Source of the DNA: Eledone cirrhosa
Lineage: Eukaryota
Assembly (NCBI GenBank): GCA_964016885.1
Contig: OZ024743.1
Location: forward strand, 187,116,001-187,180,000
Direction: 5' to 3'
Length of the DNA: 64,000 nt
Part shown: piece after piece, positions 51,065 through 63,330 of the stretch
Layout: every line of letters starts with the position of its first letter
Position numbering within the stretch: position 1 is the stretch's first letter
Program-made: the position numbers and the translations under genes
The notes under the pieces: model-generated
Databases searched by the model: none
Seen by the model: only the letters and a program-made list of their open reading frames with translations
Told to the model about the DNA's origin: nothing

Positions 51065-52833
51065 TAATAAATAATACAAAACAAACACAGGAACCCCAAA
51101 ATACTCAGTTATTTTAGGTTCATGCTTGGAGGAAGTGGAGGAGGGTTTAACATTTCGGAGGGAAGTCCTTCATCAGGAAAATTTGGATTAGGAGAGAACA
51201 GGTAGATGTATGGGGAATGTGTGAGGGTTAGGAAAGGAAGTTAGGAAAAGAGGGATGGGAGGAGAAAAATAGGCAAGGGGAGGTAAGTCTGCGCTGCGGG
51301 GTCCAAAGTGGAGGGTAAAGGGTGTCATGGGTGTGGTTGTGTGTGTGTGTGCCGAAGGGAAGAAATTGGTAGAAGTGCGTAGCTTCAGTCAATGTGTGTG
51401 TGTGTGGACACGTGGGTGTTTCAGAATTTTATGTAGTTGGTGTGTGCACACTGGTATGTGTGTGTATGTGTATGCCAGTGAGTTTTTAGTATGTGTGTGT
51501 GGGGGGGGGGTTTCTCTTGTTTCTATGTATGTGAATATGTACGAATGTGTGTGTGTTGAATGAGTGTATGTCTACATGCGGGTATTTGTAGGTGTTTTTT
51601 TTATTGTTTCTATGTGTGTGTGTTTGGGTGTGTGCGTGTGTGTGTGTGTATAAATACTTTCACATGTGTGTGTGTGTGTGTGTATACATATATTTTCACG
51701 TGTGTGTATGTGTGTGTCTGAGTGGGTGTTGATGGCTTTTTATCTGTAGAGGAAAGCTTTTATGTGAGTGTGTGTTTATGTTTGGGTATATCTGTGTATG
51801 TGTGTGTGTCTGTCTGTGTGTATGGGACTTTTTTCTATTGTTTTTATGTATGTGAGTGTGTGTTTTCGGGTATGTGTATTTCCACATGTGTCAGATGCTT
51901 GTGTGTATGTGTATATGTTTGTATCGATGTGAGCGATGTGGTTGTGTTTGGTCAGTAGCAGAAAGATTTTATGGACATGGGTGTGAGGGTTGATGTGTGT
52001 ATGCTTATGTATGGGTATGTCTCTGTGGGTGTGTTGGAATATTCACCTGTAATCCAGTTAGTAGGGATGGTGGGTCAGTTAGTTGGTGCTGTTGAGGGAA
52101 TGAATGGAAGGTCATATGGGTGTGACAGGTAAACTGTTAGTGTGTGCATGTGAGTGTGTGTGTGTGTGTGTTACTCTTTCCTTATGTTTCTATGTATGTG
52201 AGTGTGTACGTTTGTGTGTGTGTGTTTATATGGTGATGTTGGGGTTGTAGCTTGTTAGTGGTGTTAGGTATGTGTGTATGGGTGGTCTATTGTGAAGTGG
52301 GGAGGTAGAAGGGGATTAGTGGTGGGTGGGGTCTGTTAGTAGATTAGTGTGTGCTGAGTGGGGTAAAAGAGGGGGGTTTGGGTGAGGGTGGTGTAAGGGA
52401 GTAATTGATGTAGGTGTGTGATGAAGAGGTGGAGTGTGTGGGGTGTGTAGAGAAATGTGAGGGGGGAGCTAAAGGAAGAGGGTAGGGAATTTAGACCGTT
52501 ACTGGTCCAAGTCTGGAGAAAATAAACTGTGTGCAGTTCATGTCTAATGCATGTGTTTGATGTTCTGAAGCATGTAATATGGCCATAGATGGTGAGGTTG
52601 TGGGGGAGGTGTCTGGTGGAGTGGAAGTGTTGGGTAACCAGTGACCAGCTGCTGAGCTGGATGTTACAGAAGTGCTCAGCAAACCGGTCTGCGAATCATT
52701 GCTTTGTCTGTCTAAGGTAGGCAGCCCCACATAGCATGCAGTGGAGCCTGTAGAAAAGGCCTGAGAAGGTGCAGCAGAAGGAGTCCTGAACTCTGAGGGA
52801 CTATCCATTGAGCCCATGGAAGGTGGTGGTGTT
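51065..52833 (-). mobile_element. 5'-truncated PLE: GIY-YIG remnant (52489-52833), long CA-rich 3' UTR, degenerate hammerhead (51146-51180)
   Basis: Manual translation in a frame missed by the ORF track: VQDSFCCTFSGLFYRLHCMLCGAAYLRQTKQ*FADRFAEH..VTQHFHSTRH..E..LQTWTSNGLN. Hammerhead: CTGATGA-A-GGA..TCC-GAAATGTT. Confidence 0.85.
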
Positions 52834-52902
52834 GACATTCCAAGAACTGGTGTGTCATGTATATAAATATATAAGCAGAAAATGCACACTGCAAAACTCT
52901 TA

Positions 52903-53010
52903 CATAAGACAAACAGACAACTGCATTTCTACCATGTCACCATCTTGCTGAATTTGCATGCAAGCAAGGTTACTGAGGAAATAGAGATGCAGTTGTCTGT
53001 TTGTCTTATG
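52903..53010. repeat. Hairpin with 29-bp near-perfect arms
   Basis: CATAAGACAAACAGACAACTGCATTTCTA / TAGAGATGCAGTTGTCTGTTTGTCTTATG, with an inner CTTGCT/AGCAAG stem. Confidence 0.9.
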
Positions 53011-54431
53011 AAACTGATTTCATGTCTGCTTTTACTGCTTGTATATATTCATATGGAAAATTTTGAGCAAGTTAAACATAAAATTCTATTTTTATATCTT
53101 TACACCTAAGAAACATAAAGTAATATGGAACTCAATTAAATAATTAAAACTTCCATCATATGTGTTGATTGCCTTTTACATTCATGAGTGTGTTTCTTAA
53201 CATTAAATGATAACTATTTAGAAAATCGCATTTGTTTATGTTGTAGTTTAATTCTATATATTCTATTTCAAACTTTCACTTGCAGAAAATAATTTGCTAT
53301 TATTTGTCTGACTGATGATAATTATTGATTTCACAAAGATAATGACAACCAGGTGATGATTGATAAAGGCCAACATTTTACTGCCCTTCGCAATCCTTAC
53401 CATTAACAATAAATCTTTATTGATAATAGTATTGATGATAGAGGCTAAAATATTACCAACAGGTTTTCATCTGCCAAGTATGATGCAAATTTTGTAGGAA
53501 AAACAACATAAATACCAATAAACAAAGAAGTAGGCATAGTTAAAGCCACAAACGTGTATGGAAGGATAAAACATATAAATCTTGAAAAGTGTCTATTATA
53601 CATTTCTTTTGAAAGCAGTATATAATGATGAAAAATAGAATGCTATAGTTTGAATTGAAAATATATTTGGAAAACTTTTGGAAATATGAAAATATATTTC
53701 CTTTGGCATCATATAGCATACTTGAGGGAAATGTACATATGTATGTATGCATTAACATTAGTGCACACACATATGCACACAGTTTACATCCCCATAAACA
53801 TGTTAACATCTTTCTATTCTGTATGCAACAGTGGTTTCTGTGGTTATATTTTTTCGTGACATTTTATACATTTGACAAATTGAATCTGCTGTAACTGAAC
53901 TTTTCCTGTTACATCTCATTTTGAATAAAAACTAAGAAATAAAAAGGAAAAAGAATTTATGGTCTAATTTGAGTACATTCCTAATAGAAACCTAACTATG
54001 TTAAAGCTGTGAAGCTTGTTTCTTGTTGTTGACTGATTGTATAGACTATGCATGTGTTTTGAGCTTAATGAGAATGATAAAATGAAGGACGTGTGAAAAA
54101 CAATTGAAAACTGTGGCAATCAAAATTATGTCTTCTAGGTAGGCTGAAACTTTGTTTTATTAACCACCATGCTATAACAAAGGACCAAACTAAAAAGCAA
54201 AGATTGAATTTGTAATGCCATTTCATCGTGGTCTTTTTTGTAATCTTATGGTAGTATATACTGCCTAGGGAAGGTTATTGAATTTGATGATTGTAAAATC
54301 CATTTTGGAATTTTCAAACTATGAGAGTGGTAATTTTGATGCTGTTGGATGTGAATGTTCCATCTTACTGAGATATCTGTATCTATAAATGAGAGTTATG
54401 TAATCTTCTGATAGTGGATCTAGCTGATGAT

Positions 54432-54474
<43 letters not shown>

Positions 54475-54989
54475 TATATTTTTTCATGTGCCAGTACAAT
54501 ATAAATAGTAAATAAGACTATACAGTACTAAAAAAAATAAGAAAAAAATGGGGATGGTATAACAAAATGGAGAAGACAAGCACTCTCATTCACAGACCAA
54601 AACAAGGAGTACTGAAGCTTCTCTTTAATTATAATTAGGGTTACACCAATAAATACTGAAAATAATTTAGATTTTATCAAGATAACAAGAACGCTAGTTG
54701 TTCTGTTAGCACCACACTATGTTATGACTGTGGTTAAAAAAATTAATTTTCAACAGCCAAATCTACTTTGCTCTATATATTTATATATTTAATCAATTTA
54801 AACGTCCATATAGAGCTAGTAATCTATGGAAGACTGGAGGAGATGTCTAGTACCACTTGTGATTAAGAAATAAAAACAAGATAAACAGCGAGATAAAAAT
54901 AAAAAAAGGCCAATGGGAGGCAAAAGAATCATAATATTTAAAAAACATGAAAAAAATGGGTAGCTATAAGGCAGCTAAACGTTTCAATT

Positions 54990-55190
54990 GTTGAATCTCT
55001 TTGTAGCTTCCATGTACTGACAGATCTTGTTTATATTTAGTAGATCTTCAACAACATATTGTACCCCCAACTTGGTAGTTTTTTAATGATTAGCTTCAAG
55101 ATGCCCCCCGTTTCTGACTGGTAGTTTCTGTATTAGAATAGATATTGCCAAAGCGTTTCTAGGCTGTCTCCATAAGAACAAAGAGGTAAT
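54990..55190 (-). pseudogene. Degenerate LINE ORF2 C-terminus (CR1/L2/I-like)
   Basis: PLCSYGDSLETLWQYLF*Y resembles the C-terminal CxCG..ETxxHYLxxC knuckle. YMEATKRF resembles the terminal motif. Confidence 0.5.
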
Positions 55191-55461
55191 TCTATATGAT
55201 CTGTATGTTGCTTTTAATCAATTCTATATGACCTATATGTTGCTTTTAATCAATCAAGTTCCTGTAACTGATGACATTTCAGTGGGTTCTCAGAAATGCT
55301 TGTCAGTGTTCATCTTCTCTCCAAACGTCTAATCCTTCATTAACTTTAGTCTGTGAGCAAAAGCAGTTACTGAGGTGTGGTTGAAAAATGTTCTGGAGCC
55401 AGAAGTGTATACCTCAAACATTTTTACCTAAAATTTTAATGTCAAAATTTAACTGCATCCT

Positions 55462-55492
<31 letters not shown>

Positions 55493-55847
55493 GGTTTAGC
55501 GTCCGTGTTCCACGCTTGCATGGGTTTGGACGGGGGTTTTCCCACTTGAGGCAAGAGTGGTTGTCTTGCTCGCATAGGACTGTCTGGCGGGTTTTCTACA
55601 GTTGGATGCCCTTCCTAACACCAACCACATTTACAGTGTGGGGCTGGGAGGTTTTTACCGTGTTGCCTACATGGCCACATTACAGCGTGGACTGTCTGGC
55701 GGGTTTTCTACAGCTGGATGCCCTTCCTAACACCAACCACATTTACAGTGTGGGGCTGGGAGGTTTTTACCGTGTTGCCTACACGGCCACATTTACAGCG
55801 TGGACTGTGTGTTTTTTTGTCGTGACACCTACACGATCTCATTTGTT
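55462..55847 (-). mobile_element. Solo 3' UTR of the RTE family at 59688-63330
   Basis: Near-identical to 59688-60063, including the 112-bp tandem duplication and the (CAT)n tail. Confidence 0.93.
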
Positions 55848-56745
55848 ACATCAGATAAAAGTATACTACAATAACTTTTTTCCTAAAACTTATGATGAAT
55901 TTTAGACACTATTGTGCTTATACTCCAAAAGGTATGCTACATATGTAATTTAAAAAATGTTTGGGTAAGGTAATGAGAAACTTCTTCCATGTTGCCTTCC
56001 CTTGAATCATCGTTGTTGTGGATATTTATCATTAGATCAGCCCTGCTTGAGCAAACATATGATCAAAGGGTGTAGAGTTTGCCTTCTCCTATTCCCTGGT
56101 TTTATCGTTTTTCTCTTTCCTTTTGGCTTTATCGTATTGTTTGAAGATAAGTGAGAATATATCATATATAAATAGTTCATTCTAACATAAAGGTTTTCAA
56201 GGGATGAAACACTACTAAAAACTATTGTATGGAATAATAAATTTATAAGATTCACTTTCAATGAAGAACCAAATAATTGAGTTTCAACAAATGGTAAATA
56301 TATAGCTAGAAGACTGTTAGACTGCTTTCAACAATCCCAGTGGGTTCGACATACTTTAATGAAGTGAATATACTAAGTTCCATTCTGCAATAAAATATGT
56401 GTAATAGATTTACTGTGATGGGAATTATATAAATATATATTTATTTTCTCTAGTTATTTGTTTTACATAATATGTAGAGGTACTTACTCAATGAACAAAG
56501 TTGTCAACCATATCTTATGAACGAAACTGATACAGATTAAAATTGTTTACTTTCTGACTAGCTAATAGTTCTTAAGCTTGAAAGAAAATTAAGTTCTTCA
56601 AGGAAAAGCAAAAATTCCTTCATCATGAGTTTAATGAAGTTTACAAATTTCTCTGTTGTAAGCAGGAAAAAAAACAAACAAAAAGAACAGCAATAAGTAC
56701 AATTATAGTGTTATAAATAATGGGATTAATGAGTTAATATCTGTA

Positions 56746-58004
56746 TACAACAACTACAACGGTACATGATGGGGCCCACCCATAGCCCCGGTGGATAGAA
56801 TGGAGATGGCGTTTCCCTGGAGGATGGCAAGGGAGACGTGCTTGGAAAAGCCCTCCAACTCGCGGGGCTCACACCTGCAGCTGGCCAGGTCAGTGCCTAT
56901 GGTGGTGAGTATAAGGGTAGCCCTGGGGCTGAGGAAACCAGAAGTCTCCACTGCCAGGGGAATGGCCGCAAACCTGTCAGAGAGCAACCGGTATTTGAGG
57001 AGTTTGGGGCCCCTCAGCCCGACGTGCAACAGAACCTGGGTCAGTCGCAGACTGCAGAAAGTGTCGGTGCAAGTGGCATCCCAGATGAGGGAACGGGAAG
57101 ATGGTCATGCTATCTGGCCTTTTGCCGTCTCCTCGATCCAGCTCCACTGGCTCGAGCTGGGAAGGGAAGCCTGCAGCGTTCAAGCCATGCTTAATGACCT
57201 TGTTGAGGGCAGCATCACATGGAATGCGGCCGGCACTGTGGAAACAGGAAAGCGGGTGGAGGCCGAAATAGTCCACGGTGGAACCGCAGCGACATTGGTG
57301 TGGCTGGCAGATCCAGAGGCCGAGCCTCAGGGAAACGCCGATGCGCAGGCTATGGTTGTCTAGCTGCGTGTCAGTGGAGAAGGAGGGCAGGGCATGGAGC
57401 CAGGCACCATTGTGGGATTTGGAGGCCGCACGAAAACAAGCAAGGCGGTGCTGGTCGAGCTGGCGCGTGTCCCTGTCTCAGGCCAGGCTGCACTGGATGG
57501 CATCCCACGTGCATTGGGGGGAATTTAGGTCAACAGGGGGAGAAGGAGGAGGGATGTCTACTGGGATAAGTCCCAGCCGGTCCCATGCCTCACAGGCGGC
57601 CTCACCTTCTCTGAACACAGAGGGTTCTGTTGTGTTTTGAAGAACCCTGCTGATGAGGATGTGGCACGAGGTTACCGATGAAAGATAAGCCGGCAAAGTG
57701 AGATCAGGGACTGGAGGCCAAGGCCGCCATACCTGACAGGTAAGGTAGTCTGTTGTCACTCTATGTTGTCAAACTTGACGTTGCATATCTCCTCAGCTGT
57801 TGCTCGGATACAAGTATCGAGGTCAGCGAGTATAAATGTCTGAGTGTAGCACAGAGCACTGCGGAGTGTATAGAGGAGCTTCGGCATGGCGAAGCAGTTC
57901 CTCAGCAGAAAGAGAGCTGGGTGGCCGTCAATCAAGCCCTGTCGGTTTAAGAGAATCTGGAGCTGTTGAAGCCTGGACATGATGGTGGAGCAGATGGCCA
58001 GCGG
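56746..58004 (-). mobile_element. 5'-truncated CRE-like retrotransposon (longest copy)
   Basis: ALFLLRNCFAMPKLLYTLRS..LPVRYGGLGL..GLHPLSC..AALNKVIK..LDRGDGKRPD..VETSG..SLAILQGNA, with several frameshifts. Confidence 0.88.
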
Positions 58005-58213
58005 ATAACTTTAAATGTGGTTACTTAGCTCAAAGTCAGCTATGATTGAGCAGAGCTATGATCAAAATCATTTCAACCTTGACAACTACAATTTTGTTCA
58101 GACAGTATTTTTAAGACTGAATTATATAATATGCCCTATCGTTTTTAAGACAATAAAGCACAATTTGATTGATAAAAGTCTGCTTACAATGATTATTTTT
58201 ATTTAACCTTGGG

Positions 58214-58430
58214 AGGGCTGTGGATTAACAGTATCAGTAGAGCATCAGACACCATGCTTTGCAGCATGGAGTTACAGCCCTCTATGAGCTGATTTCAAAT
58301 CCCACTGAGATTAGAATTGCCTTTCATTTTTATGGGGTTGATAAAATAAAGTACCAGTCACACACTGGGGTCGATTTAATCAACTTTCCTTTCCTCCAAA
58401 ATTGCTGGCCTTGTGCCTAAATCAGAAATC
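58214..58430 (+). mobile_element. SINE with a 15-bp TSD
   Basis: TATTTAACCTTGGGA on both flanks. Confidence 0.85.
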
Positions 58431-58490
58431 ATTATTTAACCTTGGGATTGAGAACAAATCTGATCATTTCATTATTTCAGGAAATCCAAG

Positions 58491-58650
58491 GGTGGTGGAT
58501 TGGCAGTATTGGTAGAGAGTCGGACACCATGCTTTGCAGCATAGAGTTACGGCCTTTTACGGTCTGAGTTCAAATCCTGCCAAGGATAAAATAAATCGAC
58601 CCCCCCCCGCCCCCCGCCAAATCACTGGCCTTGTGTCATTACTAGAAATC
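58491..58650 (+). mobile_element. Internally deleted SINE with TSD
   Basis: AGGAAATCCAAG on both flanks. Confidence 0.8.
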
Positions 58651-58847
58651 TATATTTTAGGAAATCCAAGACTACATTTTCTAATGTGTACTTTTCATAA
58701 GATGTTGAATTACAATTTGATAAATATTTGGCTACTACTTCTTGCCGTACATGTGCCCTTGTAATTATTTTCTCATTGTCTCGACCTTACAAATGTTATT
58801 GTATTATGTTAATCTGAACACTTTAAAGCATGAAATTACTTAAAGCT

Positions 58848-59393
58848 GATATTATTAATAATTGTTTCTACTTTTGGCAGAAGGCCAGCAATTACCCAGT
58901 ACATTACTGGTACTCTATTTTATCGACCCCGTAAGGAAGAAAGGCAAAGTTAACCTCGGCGATATTATTAATAATTGTTTCTACTTTTGGCAGAAGGCCA
59001 GCAATTACCCAGTACATTACTGGTACTCTATTTTATCGACCCCGTAAGGAAGAAAGGCAAAGTTAACCTCGGCGATATTATTAATAATTGTTTCTACTTT
59101 TGGCAGAAGGCCAGCAATTACCCAGTACATTACTGGTACTCTATTTTATCGACCCCGTAAGGAAGAAAGGCAAAGTTAACCTCGGCGATATTATTAATAA
59201 TTGTTTCTACTTTAGGCACAAGGCCAGCAATTACCCAGTGCATTACTGGTACTTTATTTTATCGACCCCGTAAGGAAGAAAGGCAAAGTTAACCTCGGCG
59301 ATATTATTAATAATTGTTTCTACTTTAGGCACAAGGCCAGCAATTATCCAGTGCATTACTGGTACTTTATTTTTCGGCGATATTATTAATAAT
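58848..59393 (-). repeat. SINE-derived tandem array (113-bp unit, 4 full copies plus 1 deleted copy)
   Basis: Units start at 58848, 58961, 59074, 59187 and 59300. Confidence 0.95.
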
Positions 59394-59687
59394 GATTTCT
59401 TATATGGGCACAAAGCCATACATTTGCAGAGGAAGTAAGACGGAATTGCATTTACCCTTGTACATATCTAGTATTTATTATTTAACTCTGAGGAGTGTCA
59501 GGCAAAGTCCACCTTGATGGGTCAACATTGATAAACAAAACTAAATATATAGTCCAGTGCTCTATCTCTGCCACTGTAACCATGTATAAACAAATTCCCA
59601 TATTATCCTTCTTTTTCTGTTTGCTACCTTTTATTATAATAATATTTTATTATTCTACAGGATTTGGGAGTAAAAGAAATATTGAAT

Positions 59688-62600
59688 TCATCATCATCAT
59701 CATCATCGTTTAACGTCCCATGTTCCACACTTGCATGGGTTTGGATGAGAGTTTTCCCACTTGAGGCAAGAGTGGTTGTCTTGCTCGCATAGGACTGTCT
59801 GGCGGGTTTTCTACAGCTGGATGCCCTTCCTAACACCAACCACATTTACAGTGTGGGGCTGGGAGGTTTTTACCGTGTTGCCTACATGGCCACATTACAG
59901 CGTGGACTGTCTGGCGGGTTTTCTACAGCTGGATGCCCTTCCTAACACCAACCACATTTACAGTGTGGGGCTGGGAGGTTTTTACTGTGTTGCCTACACG
60001 GCCACATTACAGCGTGGACTGTGTGTTTTTTTTTGTCGTGACATCTACACGATCTCATTTGTTTCGGCCTGGATGTTGTGGCACCAACATAACTTTACAT
60101 TGAAAGGGGCGGTGTGGATGGGGTTGGGGTGGTGGGAAGGGGGTGTATTTTGTTAGAGATGCCTACTGACTGTAGTAGGTTTTACTTTGTATTTAGGTAA
60201 GGCGGGTCTTCTCTATTACTGAGTACCGCCAAAGGTCTCGGTCCAGTGACATTGTCTTGGAGAGGTGTAAGTGTGTGAGGTCGGAATTTATCAGCTCGTC
60301 CCAGGTTTTTCTGGGTCTGCCTACTCCGTGGCTACCGTCTATCTTTATTGCCCTGCACTTTGTTATACAGCTGTCGTCTTTCATTCGCATCACGTGACCA
60401 TACCAACGTAGCCTTCTCTCTAGTAAACAACATCTGATCCCTCTTATTTCTAATTTTTTCCTTAGTTCGTTTATACTTTGCCGTTCACGTATATTACTAT
60501 TACACATCCAGCGGAGCATGCAAGCTTCGTTCCTCTCTAGTCTGCATATATCCTCTGCACACAATGCCCAGGTCTCACTGCCATGCAACATTGCTGTTCG
60601 TATGCAGGCATCATACAACCTGCCTTTCATTTTTAGGGAGAACCCTTTAGCGGCTAATAGTGGTATAAGCTCTCTGAACTTTTTCCATCCAGTTCTGACT
60701 CTAGCTACTGTACTTTCAGAGCACCCTCCCCCACTGCTGATTTTATCCCCCAGGTAACGGAAGCTGTCCACTATTTCTATAGAACCCTCTGCGCAATTGA
60801 AAGAGCTAGTATTTTGTGGACACTTGCTGCTACTTATTGCACCAGAGCACCGGCCACATGTAAAATCTGTGTTCTTAGTTAGATTACCTGTGATCCCACT
60901 ACATCTTTTATGCACCCATACTTTGCATTTGGGACATAAAATGGAGTTTCTACCTACACCTTTCCTACACACTGAGCATGGCCATTTCCCGGAAGGGACC
61001 GGAGCCTTATTTTCTTTCCTACAAACTAGAACTTTAGTCTTAGCCAGGTTAATTTTAAGGCCTTTTGATTCTAGGCCGTGCTTCCATGTTTGGAATTTCT
61101 TCTCTAGCTCGGCCATTGATTCAGCTATGAGCGTTAGATCATCTGTGTATAGGAGTTCCCATGGGCAGCCGGTCTTGAACTCCTCTGTTATAGCCTGAAG
61201 GGCAATAATAAATAGTAGTGGGCTAAGAACAGAGCCCTGATGGACACCAACTTTTACGCTAAACTCTTCACTATATTCGTTGTTAATTCTAACCTTGCTG
61301 ACTGTTTCTTTATACATGGCTTGTATAGCTCTCACAAGCCAACACCTAGTTTTCTAAGAGCCCACCAGATAATGGAACGGGGGACTCTGTCGAAGGCTTT
61401 CTCCAAGTCGACAAAGGCTAAGTATAGGGGTTTACTTTTAGCTAGGTACTTCTCCTGTTTTTGTCGTACAATGAAAAGAGCGTCTGTGGTACTTTTGCCT
61501 GACACAAACCCGAACTGCATTTCATCTAGATCGATTCTCTCTCTGATTAGTTGCGCTATTACTTTTTCCGTGACCTTCATGACCTGGTCGATTAATTTAA
61601 TGCCTCTATAGTTACTCCTATCTAGGGCGTCTCCTTTACCCTTTTAACAGTTAATGATGATGCTGCTATGCCAGTCCTTCGGAACAACCCCATTCTGTAT
61701 GACTTGGTTTACTATCCGGGTGACCATGGTGTGTCCGACCGTTCCAGAGGCCTTCAGCATCTCAGCAACTATTTCCGAAGGCCCAGCCGCCTTACCCATC
61801 TTCATATCTTTGATTGCCTTACTTTTTATACTACCTTCAACTAACACTGCTGGTCCCTCTATTGGATCGATCTGGGGGAGACTATCCTTCTCCCATTTAT
61901 TCTCCTCGTTTAGTAGCCTCTCGTAGTGACACTTCCAGGCGACCTTCTTATCAGCGTCAGTGATGGCAAGTACGCCATCATCATTTAGTACACACTTCTC
62001 CCCAACAATATCACGGTTTTCCTTGACACATTGCCTAGCAATCCTGAACACCTCACGTTTTTGGTCCTCGCGTTGTAGAACATGCTTGAACTTTCTTTCC
62101 TCTGCTTCCCTTCTTGCGAAGTACACTTGTCTCCTAGCTTCCCCCTGGCCACTTGATAGTCTTCTCTACTTCCCCCATCCCGCCATACTTTCCAAGCCTG
62201 CTTTTTGGCCTTAATTGACTCCTCCACCTTACTGTTCCACCACCATGTTACTCTCCTCCTGCCTATAGGCCTGCTCCGGCCACAGACTTCGTCTGCTGCC
62301 ATCAGCAGGTTTGCTTTCAGGAATTCCCACTGGTCCTCTATATTGTACGACTCTAAATGCTCTTCCTTACTGTCGAAAGCATCAAGTAATATGCTTTGAA
62401 ATTTATTTCTGGCTGTGGGGTCCTTTAGCTTCCATATTTTTCTCCTGAGGATAGTCCTCTTCTGCTGTCGAGTACGTCTCGTCCTGACTATGAGGTCGCT
62501 AATTATCAGTCTATGTTGGGAGGTGCATTCTTCATGGGGGAGGGATTTAGTGTTTAGAACAGTCACTCTGTCACGTCTTCTGGTAAGGATATAATCTACC

Positions 62601-63330
62601 TGGCTGGTATGTTCCCCTGATCTGTAGGTGATCAAGTGATTGTCTCGTTTTTTGAAGTTAGTGTTACAGATTCTTAGGTTATTTGCGTCACAGAATTCCA
62701 GGATTCTGGAGCCTTCCTCATTTCTAATACCAAACCCATAGCCTCCATGGATTTCATCATAGCCGTCACAATGTTGTCCAACGTGACCATTTAGGTCGCC
62801 AGCAATAATTATATAGTCACTGTCGGTTATTTGGGAGATAGTGAGCATCAGTGTCTCATAGAAAGTGTCTTTTATAGCGCCAGGCAGTCCGGATTGGGGC
62901 ACGTACGCAGATATTATCGTCACAGTAGTTCTATTTAGTCACAGTAGTTCTTATTTTAATTATTCTGTCGTTTACTCTATTTACGTCTATTATCTTATCC
63001 ACCCATTTTTCTGCTAACATGATTCCTACCCCACCCAGCCCATTGTCATTTCCCACCCAGAAAAGCTTATAGCATCGTTTTTTACCCACAATGAATCTAG
63101 AAGACCCGCCCCTCCACCTGGTCTCTTGGATGCAGCAGACATCAACCTCCTTACGTTCAAGCATTTCTACAACCTCATTTGAGCGGCCTTTTAAGGTCCC
63201 TACATTCATGGTACCAACTCCGAAGTTTTGGATTGCGTTTGGTGGGAGGGGTGCTGGGAGGGGTGATACTGATGGGGTTGGGGTTATGTTGGCCATCCGC
63301 GTCCGCAACAAAAAGGGTGGGGCTTTGCCC
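59688..63330 (-). mobile_element. Near-full-length RTE-clade LINE (APE plus RT), frameshifted, with a (GAT)n tail
   Basis: ORF pieces 62931-63311 (GTMNVGTL..CIQETRW), 61985-62923 (GDLNGHVG..VDYIL..QHRL), 61644-62126, 61332-61580 (QFGF..VDLEKAFD) and 60193-61335 (GVHQGSVLSP..YTDD..GSETW..GRPRKTW). Confidence 0.95.

Noticed and set aside
52491-52889. 132-aa Ser/Thr/Pro-rich ORF as a host gene
   Set aside because: It is an alternative frame of a GIY-YIG pseudogene.
58848-59393. CRISPR-like array, or three repeated 61-aa ORFs
   Set aside because: There are no unique spacers and no cas genes. The units are a SINE fragment in eukaryotic DNA.
62920-62951. Separate ORF1 in the RTE (62931-63311)
   Set aside because: It is the APE N-terminus, split off by a local tandem duplication (GTCACAGTAGTTCT twice).
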